Source: Candidatus Babelota bacterium (GTDB lineage: Bacteria; Babelota; Babeliae; Babelales; JACPOV01). Taken from it: DNA of 64,000 bases. The DNA lies in assembly GCA_022707425.1 (NCBI GenBank), contig JAKJAQ010000002.1, positions 29,868 to 93,867 of the forward strand. The letters are read 5' to 3'. Shown piece by piece: positions 56,501 to 64,000 of the stretch (the stretch's first letter is position 1; every line of letters starts with the position of its first letter). Below the pieces are notes generated by a model. It was not told where the DNA came from, ran no database searches, and saw only the letters and a list, made by a program, of their open reading frames with translations. A program made the translations under genes and the position numbers.

Positions 56501-58589
56501 TGTGCCGTTGAATAAGCGTCGTAAAATTCCATTTTTGATCAGACAATAATAATTGATTGAGTTGATCGTTTGCAAATAATGATGGATATACCGGCACTAA
56601 AATAGTAAGCGCTTTGGTAGTTGCAAAAGCATCATCTATAGAACCAAAAGCTGCCAACGCTTGAGGATAATAATTATTCAACGCATTATTGAGACTATCA
56701 CTTGATGCACCGCGGACTATCTGATCACCACCAGCAAGTGCCGATTGACCTTTGATAATACTCGTTAAAACAGTCACAGCCGCTTGCAAATCAGCAACAG
56801 AACTATTCATTTCTTGATATTTTTGTATAGCAACCGTGTATTTATCAATTGATTGTTGTGCACGTTTTGCAAATTCTTGCAGCCATGCTTCGAATGTACT
56901 CAATTGTCCTGTTTGATCATCAGTGCTGCTAATGTGTGCCATGTATGCTTGAATTGGCGTTATATATTGTTGTGCAAAATTAACTAATATTGAAACACCA
57001 TCTTTTTTATTTTGTTCTGCTTGAAGAGCAGTAACTTTTTTATTCAAATCTTGCGCATCGATTGTGTCATTTGCTTGTGCAAAATTTTGCAGAGCTTGCA
57101 AATAAGCAGCAATTGCTTGTTCATAATTACTTTGTTGTTCAGCTACGCCGCCTTGCGTGCGCAATTTTGCAGCGGCTGCAAGTAAATCGTGCAAAGTTTG
57201 ATATTGTTGTGCATTCGCCGGATCAGGAGCCTGCGTAAAATAAGACGCAGCTTGCGCATAAGCATTAATAACTTGATTCAAAATTGGTGAATTATCTTTT
57301 CCTGAAATCATACTCTGCAACAATACCTTAGCTCGTGCAACGACCACCAAAGCATAGTTTGTATTTATTAATTTTTTGAGCGTCGGCAGTAAATTGGCAT
57401 CAACCAACGGAAAATTCGTGCCAATTTCATAATAAAAAGCAGCAGCATACCGCACATGTGATTCGGTCGGTGATTGAACATTGACTACAATATCTTGAAG
57501 TGCGTTAATAAATTCTTGCATGCTCATCTGTTTTCTACTTGCCGCAAAGCCATTTACAATGAGCTGTTGCTGATTGGGAAAAAAATCGGTAGCAATCGAA
57601 CTAATTTCTGCTTGAAATCCTGACGCAATAACTAAAGCACCACCACCTTTACCGATTCCGTTCAATTGCTGAGATAATAGATACAATGTTTTGTAATAAT
57701 CCTCTTTCTTTTTTTGCAAGAATAACTTCTTTGCTTTATTAAGTGATAGCGCAACGATCGTTAAATAAAATTGCGCAAGTTCTTTTACTGCTAAACCAAG
57801 CGCATTTGCTTTGTCAGTAAAATCAACTGGCATTCCTGCTGCTTGATAGGCACTAGCAAGAGAACCGATTGCTAATCTGTAGGCTAATGTCACCGCACTA
57901 ATTGTTTTATTTGCTACAGTTCCCTGCAACGCAAACTCTTCTTTTGCAGCCCGCACCTTTGTGCGCGCATCAGTTAATAACGGTCCGGCTTTGACAATTC
58001 CTTGTACTAGCACCACCATTTTTTTTCTGTAATCATCTTGCGCTTGTTGTTGCTGAGCTGTAATAACCTTCTGGGCACTTTGTGAACGTTTAATAGGACC
58101 AGTTTGCTGATCAACAGCAGTTTGCACTGCAACCAATACCCCTGCTACTTCACGATTCATTTGAGTAATTATCGAACCGAGTGAAATATTTGTTTGATTG
58201 AGAATTGCCTTAAGCTTACTCGATGCTGCTGCGGTGGTTATTGTTTTGTTAGTAACTTGGTTGATGATATCTTGAATTTGATTTTTGGTTCGGAGCGATA
58301 AGGTTGAAATATTCGTTTGAGCATTGGTCGTTGACCCATCAACCGTTTTTTGTAAACCGGTTATTTGGTCAATTAATTTTTTTTGATCATCTCCCGATAA
58401 CAACAACGCATCGGTATTCATTGCAGAAATTTGAGTATTCCATTTATCTTTATAATTACTAACTGTACTATTATTCTGCGAAGCGAGCGTATCGAGTTGC
58501 GTAAAAAAGTCGGACAGATTAGATGCCTGTTGAGCGAATCCTGTTACACCTAACATAAAAAATGGGATAATTCCCCACATAATCTTCAT
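53550..58589 (-). CDS. giant (1679 aa) Q/A/N/Y-rich, predicted helical protein with signal-like leader
   Basis: Uninterrupted 5 kb ORF. GAGGG lies 5 nt upstream of the ATG. Leader MKIMWGIIPFFMLGVTGFA|QQ. Almost no Cys. One TPR-like stretch (YKSLGDFYFAKKDYANATSSYKLAKQYY). Confidence 0.8.
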   Translation of the reverse strand: MKIMWGIIPFFMLGVTGFAQQASNLSDFFTQLDTLASQNNSTVSNYKDKWNTQISAMNTDALLLSGDDQKKLIDQITGLQKTVDGSTTNAQTNISTLSLRTKNQIQDIINQVTNKTITTAAASSKLKAILNQTNISLGSIITQMNREVAGVLVAVQTAVDQQTGPIKRSQSAQKVITAQQQQAQDDYRKKMVVLVQGIVKAGPLLTDARTKVRAAKEEFALQGTVANKTISAVTLAYRLAIGSLASAYQAAGMPVDFTDKANALGLAVKELAQFYLTIVALSLNKAKKLFLQKKKEDYYKTLYLLSQQLNGIGKGGGALVIASGFQAEISSIATDFFPNQQQLIVNGFAASRKQMSMQEFINALQDIVVNVQSPTESHVRYAAAFYYEIGTNFPLVDANLLPTLKKLINTNYALVVVARAKVLLQSMISGKDNSPILNQVINAYAQAASYFTQAPDPANAQQYQTLHDLLAAAAKLRTQGGVAEQQSNYEQAIAAYLQALQNFAQANDTIDAQDLNKKVTALQAEQNKKDGVSILVNFAQQYITPIQAYMAHISSTDDQTGQLSTFEAWLQEFAKRAQQSIDKYTVAIQKYQEMNSSVADLQAAVTVLTSIIKGQSALAGGDQIVRGASSDSLNNALNNYYPQALAAFGSIDDAFATTKALTILVPVYPSLFANDQLNQLLLSDQKWNFTTLIQRHIARLLIETAAGLSTDIVTASLYYSAALSGRTPYLSKPIQDLLTKQIADFSSAQDQIQKLLKDAQEKEDAALRLTNDLWVAIDPKATLYSSIADNAWKDVLQSYLTAYRLGSAQALQNYIRVVQEYQSAYKQNVPDAFFPSVGAATIAYRLYVLDVAANDQANSSAVLKIIQDDLKLFFDALTVLQQKVGNASLITDAPNNQAMLVAMMNRFDQLISDAQSIASELAPGIDPAAFSIFQKKTDPQSTVVTISIGQKNQTPLITFATTDPDTIFARTYKSLGDFYFAKKDYANATSSYKLAKQYYDKIGAADISAQVNAQLQLAYTRSLVDAYVNLIIPSAKDSHNIATITVAGIAVPERYELYSYVQEIPSYVPLTFTADDIAQMAPDKLNDLLATYAFLLYVNNALKDQGIDYSAVFNGVQVRDTFSLTPDQTNTVQNILVRAYLYMQDLKARITSQQSSLRLQQRINNYGQAVFNLYELYKPIPDVPIPGMAMTQLPYLAYPTTQFYYGWAQKLSDPSVTTIPTAAYTYVSGNDPDRYNQIINLTAQSHISAAARYKKRIDFLLNGGDITQIDRLMSADETNALKTARDDIQKLQKIDKTDFSVQLSSFMNTYNLIQNYIQNVIMIYYSLASNFYSQLNDTQKVNALTTVISGDLYQLLGDAAQLFLVGDPRAVEYFWGSQGTYGGILMDVKNDYVTAAATYGPKTALYNSLISKSAAFFMQAGDLLSNLKNYFAAANYYSFGVGAYKSLSPMDEKLFDQAALKWLNSYYQGSTNNVIQYRAARVGPILLTLSNGQQESIALPDLIARAGMGDPVEQQKAKDLKENFLDALIYYMGGSLAAGQLAGSDQASTQQTSSDNSLPDPISQAATTMVTNYMQQVGISFDTVDDVVKWFMSDNFEKSMNDAFNYFKQQITTAGDASSRLIAYRALGVWMNKLCYDAFGKLYMQDYLGGISADAFQLLLKSISDEAQNIIAPAQQWIG

Positions 58590-58670
58590 AATACCCTCAC
58601 CGTTTCAGCCGAGTTTTCTAGGGGTAAGCTACCTTAGTTGAGCAATGAGATGCAACATTCTCGCTATCGT

Positions 58671-58699
58671 TTTACTCGCTAATCCATTTGTGGTATACT
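58671..58699 (+). promoter_or_regulatory. candidate promoter with extended -10 (TTTACT-17-TGgTATACT)
   Basis: -35 at 58671..58676 and TATACT at 58694..58699. It would give a ~130-nt 5' UTR for the RRM gene. Confidence 0.4.
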
Positions 58700-58834
58700 T
58701 AATTTGTTGATAGATGGAAAAGATTATTCACCGATCAAGCGAAAGGCTCTTTCAGGTATAGAAAAGAAAGCACAATACCAGCTTCTTGTTGACAATAATT
58801 TATTAACTTATTTTTGAAACGATTTTAGATTTTT

Positions 58835-59200
58835 ATGAATATTTATGTTGGAAATATTGGACGCGACGTAACAGAAGAAATGCTCAAAAACCTTTTTGGT
58901 CAATTTGGGGAAGTTACATCTGTCAAATTAATTAAAGATAAATTTACTGGTGCTGCTCGTGGATTTGCATTTGTTGAAATGGCTTCAGCTACTGAAGCAC
59001 AACAAGCAATCGAACAATTGAATGGCCATAACCTTGGCGGACAATCACTCCGTGTTAACGAAGCTCGTCCGATGGAACAACGCCCTCGCCGTGACTCACG
59101 TATGGGTGGCGGTAGCAGTGGTGGCAGACCTTTCGGTAGCCGTCCTCGCTCATCATATTCAAATGGTGGTGGAAGCAACCGTGGTGGTTGGAATAGCTAA
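58835..59200 (+). CDS. RRM-type RNA-binding protein with Gly/Arg/Ser-rich tail
   Basis: RNP-2 IYVGNI, RNP-1 RGFAFVEM, and C-terminal GGGSSGGRPFGSRPRSS..GGGSNRGGW. Confidence 0.85.
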   Translation: MNIYVGNIGRDVTEEMLKNLFGQFGEVTSVKLIKDKFTGAARGFAFVEMASATEAQQAIEQLNGHNLGGQSLRVNEARPMEQRPRRDSRMGGGSSGGRPFGSRPRSSYSNGGGSNRGGWNS

Positions 59201-59228
59201 TCGCTAACCAGCTCTCTGAAATTAAAAA

Positions 59229-59265
59229 AGCGGCGCATGATAAATTCATGCGCCGCTTTATCTTT
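59229..59265. terminator. bidirectional rho-independent terminator
   Basis: 12-bp GC-rich stem AGCGGCGCATGA / TCATGCGCCGCT with loop TAAAT, an A-run before and a T-rich tract after. It lies between convergent genes. Confidence 0.7.
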
Positions 59266-59281
59266 TCTTACTGATTAATCT

Positions 59282-60814
59282 TTATTTTCTTCGTTGTAAA
59301 AATAGAAGAACTACTGCTGCACCTAACAATCCAGCCACAAAAAATCCTACTAATTTTTTTAAATCGAAACTACCTGGTTGAGTATTCACCATTTCCGAGC
59401 CGTTCTTCTGGAATTTCTCATATTTGTCCATCACACGGTTAACGCAGGTATCGACAATCGAATCACTCACGGTTCCTTGTACTGAACAATCTGCATCGGT
59501 TTTAATCATATTAATAATACCCTCAAGATCACCATTTGATAGACCGGCTGTTTTTTGAACTATTTGCTCTATTTTAGCATCGGTCAGTATCTGATGCACA
59601 CTGGCAATAAACGATTCACTATTGTGAACTTTATCACCAAGAATCGTGTCCCGGTAAGCATGCAACACTAATCTACGTTGTTTTTGCCCAGGTAATGGCA
59701 GCTCAACAAGATCATCAATTCGACGCTGCATTGCTTGATCAATAACCCCAAGTCGGTTAGTTGCCAACACGATCATAAATCTATCACTTCGTGTTCCGGT
59801 ATGATTAAGAAAATTGGTAAAAATTCGATAAGCATCACTGTCCGGTTTAAGATCGTTACGCTCAGAAAGCAATGACTCTGCTTCATCGATAAATAAAATC
59901 AACCCTTTACTCTTCTTTGCCCATTCAAACAGTTCATCCATAGCTTCCATTGCCCCTTGCTTTGAAAATGAAGCTCCACTTGCCATAGCAAAAGACATTC
60001 CGGTTCGCTCAGCTAACTGTTGTGCAAACAACGTCTTACCAGTTCCTGGTGGACCATAGAGTAAAAGATTTCTATATTTAACCGCTCTATTTTTTTCTTT
60101 AATTTTTTGATTAATGGTTTTAGTAGCTTGAACAATGCCATCTAGCCGCTTTTGCAGTTCTTCATCAAAGATCATGACCGGTTCAAGCATCTTATTCTTT
60201 TTGCGATCTTTAGCATTACCAGCAATGCCTTTTTTTGAAAAAGTAATAAGAATTTTAGGCTTAAATATTTTTTTCTCGATCCAGTTCCATAATAATTTAG
60301 AACCATACCAAACGGTTGCTGCACCAAAAGTACCAAAAATGGTAGTGAGAGCTGCACTCATTCCAACCTTACCTGTAGCTTTTGCTATTGATTTACCGAC
60401 ACTGTCAACATAGGTATTGGTTGTTTGCGCTGCATTGACTGCTGCACGTCTAGCTTCACTATTGGAAGCAAGTGAATCAGCAACTGCACCAAAGGCTGTA
60501 TCCATCGCTCGGCGTCCTTCACCCTCTTTATTAAATTGGTCACCAATACTTCTAAATACTTTTCCTACACCGCGATAAGCATGCCCATCTTTGCTGAATT
60601 CTTCATCAAATGCTTTGGAAGCACCGGTAACTATACCACCTGCACCTTTTTCTAATCCTTCAGCAACACCGGTTGCAATACCTTTGCCCATGCCCTCTGA
60701 AATTTTTTCAACAACTGGATCCAACGCTTCTAAACCTTGAATAACCACATCTTCAGCACAAATCGAGTGAAATAACATTAATGATAAAGCAATAACTGCT
60801 TTTTTGTGAGACAT
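59282..60814 (-). CDS. membrane-associated AAA+ ATPase, ATAD3-like
   Basis: Leader [20 protein letters not shown], an internal TM segment and a C-terminal TM segment. Walker A [22 protein letters not shown], Walker B [9 protein letters not shown]. The pre-AAA segment and Walker region parallel eukaryotic ATAD3 as I recall it. Confidence 0.8.
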   Translation of the reverse strand: [510 protein letters not shown]

Positions 60815-60977
60815 GAATAAAACCCCCATTTAAATAGCTCATTTATTGCTGCTTAATAACAGCTAAAAATTCACCTATACAACATAAGTGTAATTAATTT
60901 AAAAATCGGGTCAATTTGAAATATGCCCAAAACAAAGGGTTTTTTGGCAATAATGGCAGATAATAATTCACATAGAA

Positions 60978-62720
60978 TTATTTCTTGAACTGATCATCGT
61001 ATAAGTGTTGTATTTCGTTGACTGAAGTGGCTTGAACAGCCTGTTTATCCGGTCGATATCCCATAAAACGGGGGAAACGTAACGCATACCCCAGGTTTTT
61101 TTCAGTTTTACCGGCACTATGAAGTGGTGACAGGGTAATCTCATCAGCACGCACCATGCACACGATTTCTGGGCTTACCCATACATCAGGAACCAATTCT
61201 TTGGCACAAATCACATTTTTCGGTTGTGCCATCACATGAATTTTGTCGCATTTATGCTTAAGCTCTTTCCATTCTTCATCTTTTAAACCAGTACCGATCT
61301 TTGCAACTGTTTGAAAAGCATCGAGGTCTTTATTGTAAACCCCCACTAAAAATGCACCCATGCCAAATGAAACACGTTTTCCTGAACCGCTGTAATATCC
61401 CAAAATTACGCAATCAATGGTGTCTTCCAAATGCCCTTCTTCGTGCCGTTTTAATTTAATCCAATTAAAATTACGTTTTCCTGGTTGATAAATAGCATCC
61501 GGTTTTTTTACTACTAATCCTTCAAGGCCTTGATCAATATTTTCTAAAAAATAGTCTTCCAATTCTTTTGCTGAATGGAGTTTTTTTTCACCAATCACCT
61601 GAATCGATTCATTTTTAATAGATTTGCTGAGCGAAAGTAATTTTGTGCGCCTTTCTTCATGTGATTTCGTTAAATATTCTTGTCCATCTACATATAAGAG
61701 ATCAAATAAAAATACACGCAATGGATATTCTGTGATTGCTTCCTCAATCCCATGTTTTCGTTTGCGTTTGACCGTTTCTTGAAATGGTAAAAAGGTGCCA
61801 GTATGTTGATCAAATGAAATTGCTTCGCCCTCACAAATCATGTTTTTTACAGGCAAATGACTGAGTGCTTCAACCAAATCTGGAAACATGTAAGACATAT
61901 CGATCAAATTACGCGAGAAAAATTCGATTCGTGGTTTTTTATGCGTGTTATCAATGTGAATTTGCAAACGAAAACCATCCAACTTCGGTTGTGCAACACA
62001 ATCTCCAATTTTTTCAATAATTGCTTTTGGCGTTGACAGCCGTTCAGCAGCTGCGGGACGAATCGGAATACCAACTTCAATTTTCATATCTTTCAACGCC
62101 TGAATACCGCGCTCTTTGAGCAATTGTCCAATATACCCAATATCAACACATTTATTATAAGCATCTTCAATTACCGTATGCAGTGACTTGTTGCCTGTTT
62201 CCATCCATGAATAAGCGTCGATAATGGTCATGTCAGAAAAACCAAGCCGTAACGTTCCCAAAATAATTCTGATAATAAATTTAGCTTCTAAAGGCGTTAC
62301 GTTTTTCAATAATTTCAAGGCGAGGTCAGCTTTCTCTTCTTGAGAACCTTTTCCACTTACGTGCTCAAAATCACACAACGCTTGATAAACTTGCAAGACG
62401 GACAATTCTTTTTCCGGTTTCCATTTACCATATTCGGCAACAACTAAACCCAAATCGCCCAATTTTTTTGTGTGAGCTGCCACTTCTTTTTCAGATTGAT
62501 CAATTAAATTGGCAACAACACCAATTAAATTTTTCTCAGCAAAATTAAATTGCGTACCTTTATACGGGGGGCGGAGCATACCAAGAGAAAGATTGCTCAA
62601 GATTGATATTTCGTGTGGACTTGCATTCTTAAACAACTGTGCAAGAATTTTAGTGATTTCGATACGAGAACTCGTTGTTTCTAATTGTTGAAATTCTTGG
62701 GCTACTGCTGCAAAATGCAT
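60978..62720 (-). CDS. ATP-dependent DNA ligase (Lig1/archaeal type with N-terminal DNA-binding domain)
   Basis: Motif I AQPKLDGFRLQIH, motif III EGEAI, motif IIIa LFDLLYVDG, motif IV EGLVVK, motif V NWIKLK. 580 aa. Confidence 0.85.
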   Translation of the reverse strand: MHFAAVAQEFQQLETTSSRIEITKILAQLFKNASPHEISILSNLSLGMLRPPYKGTQFNFAEKNLIGVVANLIDQSEKEVAAHTKKLGDLGLVVAEYGKWKPEKELSVLQVYQALCDFEHVSGKGSQEEKADLALKLLKNVTPLEAKFIIRIILGTLRLGFSDMTIIDAYSWMETGNKSLHTVIEDAYNKCVDIGYIGQLLKERGIQALKDMKIEVGIPIRPAAAERLSTPKAIIEKIGDCVAQPKLDGFRLQIHIDNTHKKPRIEFFSRNLIDMSYMFPDLVEALSHLPVKNMICEGEAISFDQHTGTFLPFQETVKRKRKHGIEEAITEYPLRVFLFDLLYVDGQEYLTKSHEERRTKLLSLSKSIKNESIQVIGEKKLHSAKELEDYFLENIDQGLEGLVVKKPDAIYQPGKRNFNWIKLKRHEEGHLEDTIDCVILGYYSGSGKRVSFGMGAFLVGVYNKDLDAFQTVAKIGTGLKDEEWKELKHKCDKIHVMAQPKNVICAKELVPDVWVSPEIVCMVRADEITLSPLHSAGKTEKNLGYALRFPRFMGYRPDKQAVQATSVNEIQHLYDDQFKK

Positions 62721-62743
62721 AGTTTAGTTCCTTCTACTATTTT

Positions 62744-63322
62744 TTATACTTTTGCAACATACAAATAACGTTTCATATTATCAATATGCCGATAAATCCC
62801 AAGTGCGCCGATAAAAAACATCAACCCTGCTAATAATGGTTGTGTCGCAAATAAATTGAGCGTTGAAATACATAAACCAACAAATGCACCACTTGACGCG
62901 ATGCCAATTGTTCGTGTTATCAAGTAAAAAAGTAACCAGATCGGTATCAAAATAAAAAGGGAATGCGGATACAGCGCAAGTAAAATACCGATTGTTGTTG
63001 CAACGCCTTTTCCACCTCTAAATTGAAGCCACAATGAACTTACGTTACCAAGAAGAAGCCCAATTGCGGCACAATATTGTTCAGCGAGAGGAAAATTTTT
63101 CTGCGTAAGAAAAAAAAGAAATAAAAACGCTTTTAAACAATCGATCAAAAAAACAAGAACAAAATATTTCCATCCAAGTGAGCGAGCGGTATTTGTTGCA
63201 CCACTGCTTCCTGATCCCTGTTTTGTTATATCAATTCCTTTCAGCCAAGCAAAAAAAGCACCGGGTGAAATAGAACCAATAAAATAACTCAAAACAAAAA
63301 TCGCTAAACGAGGAAATATCAT
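62744..63322 (-). CDS. plsY: glycerol-3-phosphate acyltransferase PlsY
   Basis: GSGSSGATNTARSLG and RGGKGVAT motifs. Multi-TM, 192 aa. 4-nt overlap with pgsA. Confidence 0.85.
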   Translation of the reverse strand: MIFPRLAIFVLSYFIGSISPGAFFAWLKGIDITKQGSGSSGATNTARSLGWKYFVLVFLIDCLKAFLFLFFLTQKNFPLAEQYCAAIGLLLGNVSSLWLQFRGGKGVATTIGILLALYPHSLFILIPIWLLFYLITRTIGIASSGAFVGLCISTLNLFATQPLLAGLMFFIGALGIYRHIDNMKRYLYVAKV

Positions 63323-63867
63323 TGCTTTCCCTTCTTTAACTGATTAATGAACGAAGCACAATACCAATAACCAGAGACAATTGTTATTATTACCGAAAAA
63401 CAAAGTAATACCGATTCAACCATATCAATATGACGTATATAATTATGATTTCCTGTATTAAGGAGAACAATAGTAAGATAGCTATATTGTGCTACTGTTT
63501 TAATTTTCCCCGCCCATGAAACTGGTACAGAAAAACCACATTCAAGAGCCATTGAACGCACACCCATAACTATAAATTCACGCAGCAAGAAAATTAACGC
63601 CCACAAAAACCATATTTTCTGCGTCGCAACGAGTGCAACCAATACCGCACAGAGTAAAAATTTATCGGCCAATGGATCAAGCAATGCGCCAAGAGCGGTG
63701 GATAACTGGTATCGGCGAGCGAAAAAACCGTCCAAAAAATCGGTTATTGCTAATAACACAAATATAACGGCAACAATTATATTTAGCAGAGCATTCTGCT
63801 TAGATGCAGAAACAATAATTAGATACGGTAATAATAGTGGTGAAATAACTAATCGCATAAGTGTCAA
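63319..63867 (-). CDS. pgsA: CDP-diacylglycerol--glycerol-3-phosphate 3-phosphatidyltransferase
   Basis: CDP-alcohol phosphatidyltransferase motif DFLDGFFARRYQLSTALGALLDPLADK. The ORF track uses a TTG start. The conserved N-terminal region seems to continue upstream (PIALTL), so the start is uncertain. Confidence 0.8.
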   Translation of the reverse strand: MTLMRLVISPLLLPYLIIVSASKQNALLNIIVAVIFVLLAITDFLDGFFARRYQLSTALGALLDPLADKFLLCAVLVALVATQKIWFLWALIFLLREFIVMGVRSMALECGFSVPVSWAGKIKTVAQYSYLTIVLLNTGNHNYIRHIDMVESVLLCFSVIITIVSGYWYCASFINQLKKGKQ

Positions 63868-64000
63868 TGCGATCGGCAGTTGAATTGAAATTGTTGTCCC
63901 TTTACCAGAAAATCGGTTACCACGCTGCCCATTTTCATTAGCGCTCTGCGCGCCAGTCGACTTTGCATAATGCTTCGTCGTAATTACGCCTTAGCGCTAT

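Noticed and set aside
58900-59249. Three ORFs (92, 61 and 64 aa) overlapping the RRM gene tail
   Set aside because: They are alternative-frame or antisense readings of the GC-rich Gly/Arg/Ser-coding repeat of the RRM protein. There is no independent support.
1-64000. CRISPR arrays, transposases, integrases, IS inverted repeats, prophage genes and known defence-system genes
   Set aside because: None was recognised in any ORF or in repeat structure by eye. The accessory-looking blocks lack mobility genes within this window.
63868-64000. Relatively GC-rich end of the window: possible ncRNA, a 20-codon open frame running off the edge (63938..64000, minus, ...IALRRNYDEALCKVDWRAER stop), and a 34-aa ORF ending in a TTGA overlap with the pgsA start
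   Set aside because: The sequence is too short and truncated to assign. The edge ORF is probably the 3' end of an upstream gene but cannot be identified. The pgsA-frame codons upstream of its TTG (..LPIALTL) suggest the pgsA start itself is uncertain.

Overview
AT-rich, very compact bacterial sequence: genes have Shine-Dalgarno sites, several neighbours overlap by ATGA/TTGA (translational coupling), and all three tRNAs encode their CCA ends. I found no rRNA, CRISPR array, transposase or integrase. Housekeeping genes (galU, ppsA, nupC, prfA, rpmE, gatCA, rsmG, prs, mreC, plsY, pgsA) are mixed with many proteins that carry N-terminal hydrophobic leaders and eukaryote-like domains: ankyrin, WD40, tandem C2H2 zinc fingers, an ATAD3-like AAA ATPase, RRM and fasciclin. 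This pattern suggests a host-associated, possibly protist-associated, intracellular bacterium such as the Dependentiae, but that is inference only. The main feature is a ~13.5 kb purine de novo supercluster (17.4-30.9 kb) made of purF, a purM-purD fusion, purH, a DMT transporter, purQ, purL, purT and a PAICS-like purC/class II purE fusion. Several of its architectures look eukaryote-like. Four to five of these normally cytosolic enzymes carry Sec-type signal-like leaders, and each leader-containing start codon has its own SD site. A related window-wide pattern is a leader followed directly by Met (often A/S|M-E), seen in about ten proteins. It looks as if export leaders were added upstream of the original start codons. 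Other notable items are a leader-bearing tandem C2H2 protein with a TGEKP-like linker, a 1679-aa Q/A/N-rich leader-bearing giant protein, an ATP-dependent Lig1-type ligase, several paralog pairs flanking enzyme blocks, and a three-tRNA operon with a near-consensus promoter. All homology statements come from motif recognition by eye and from recalled reference sequences, not from database searches.
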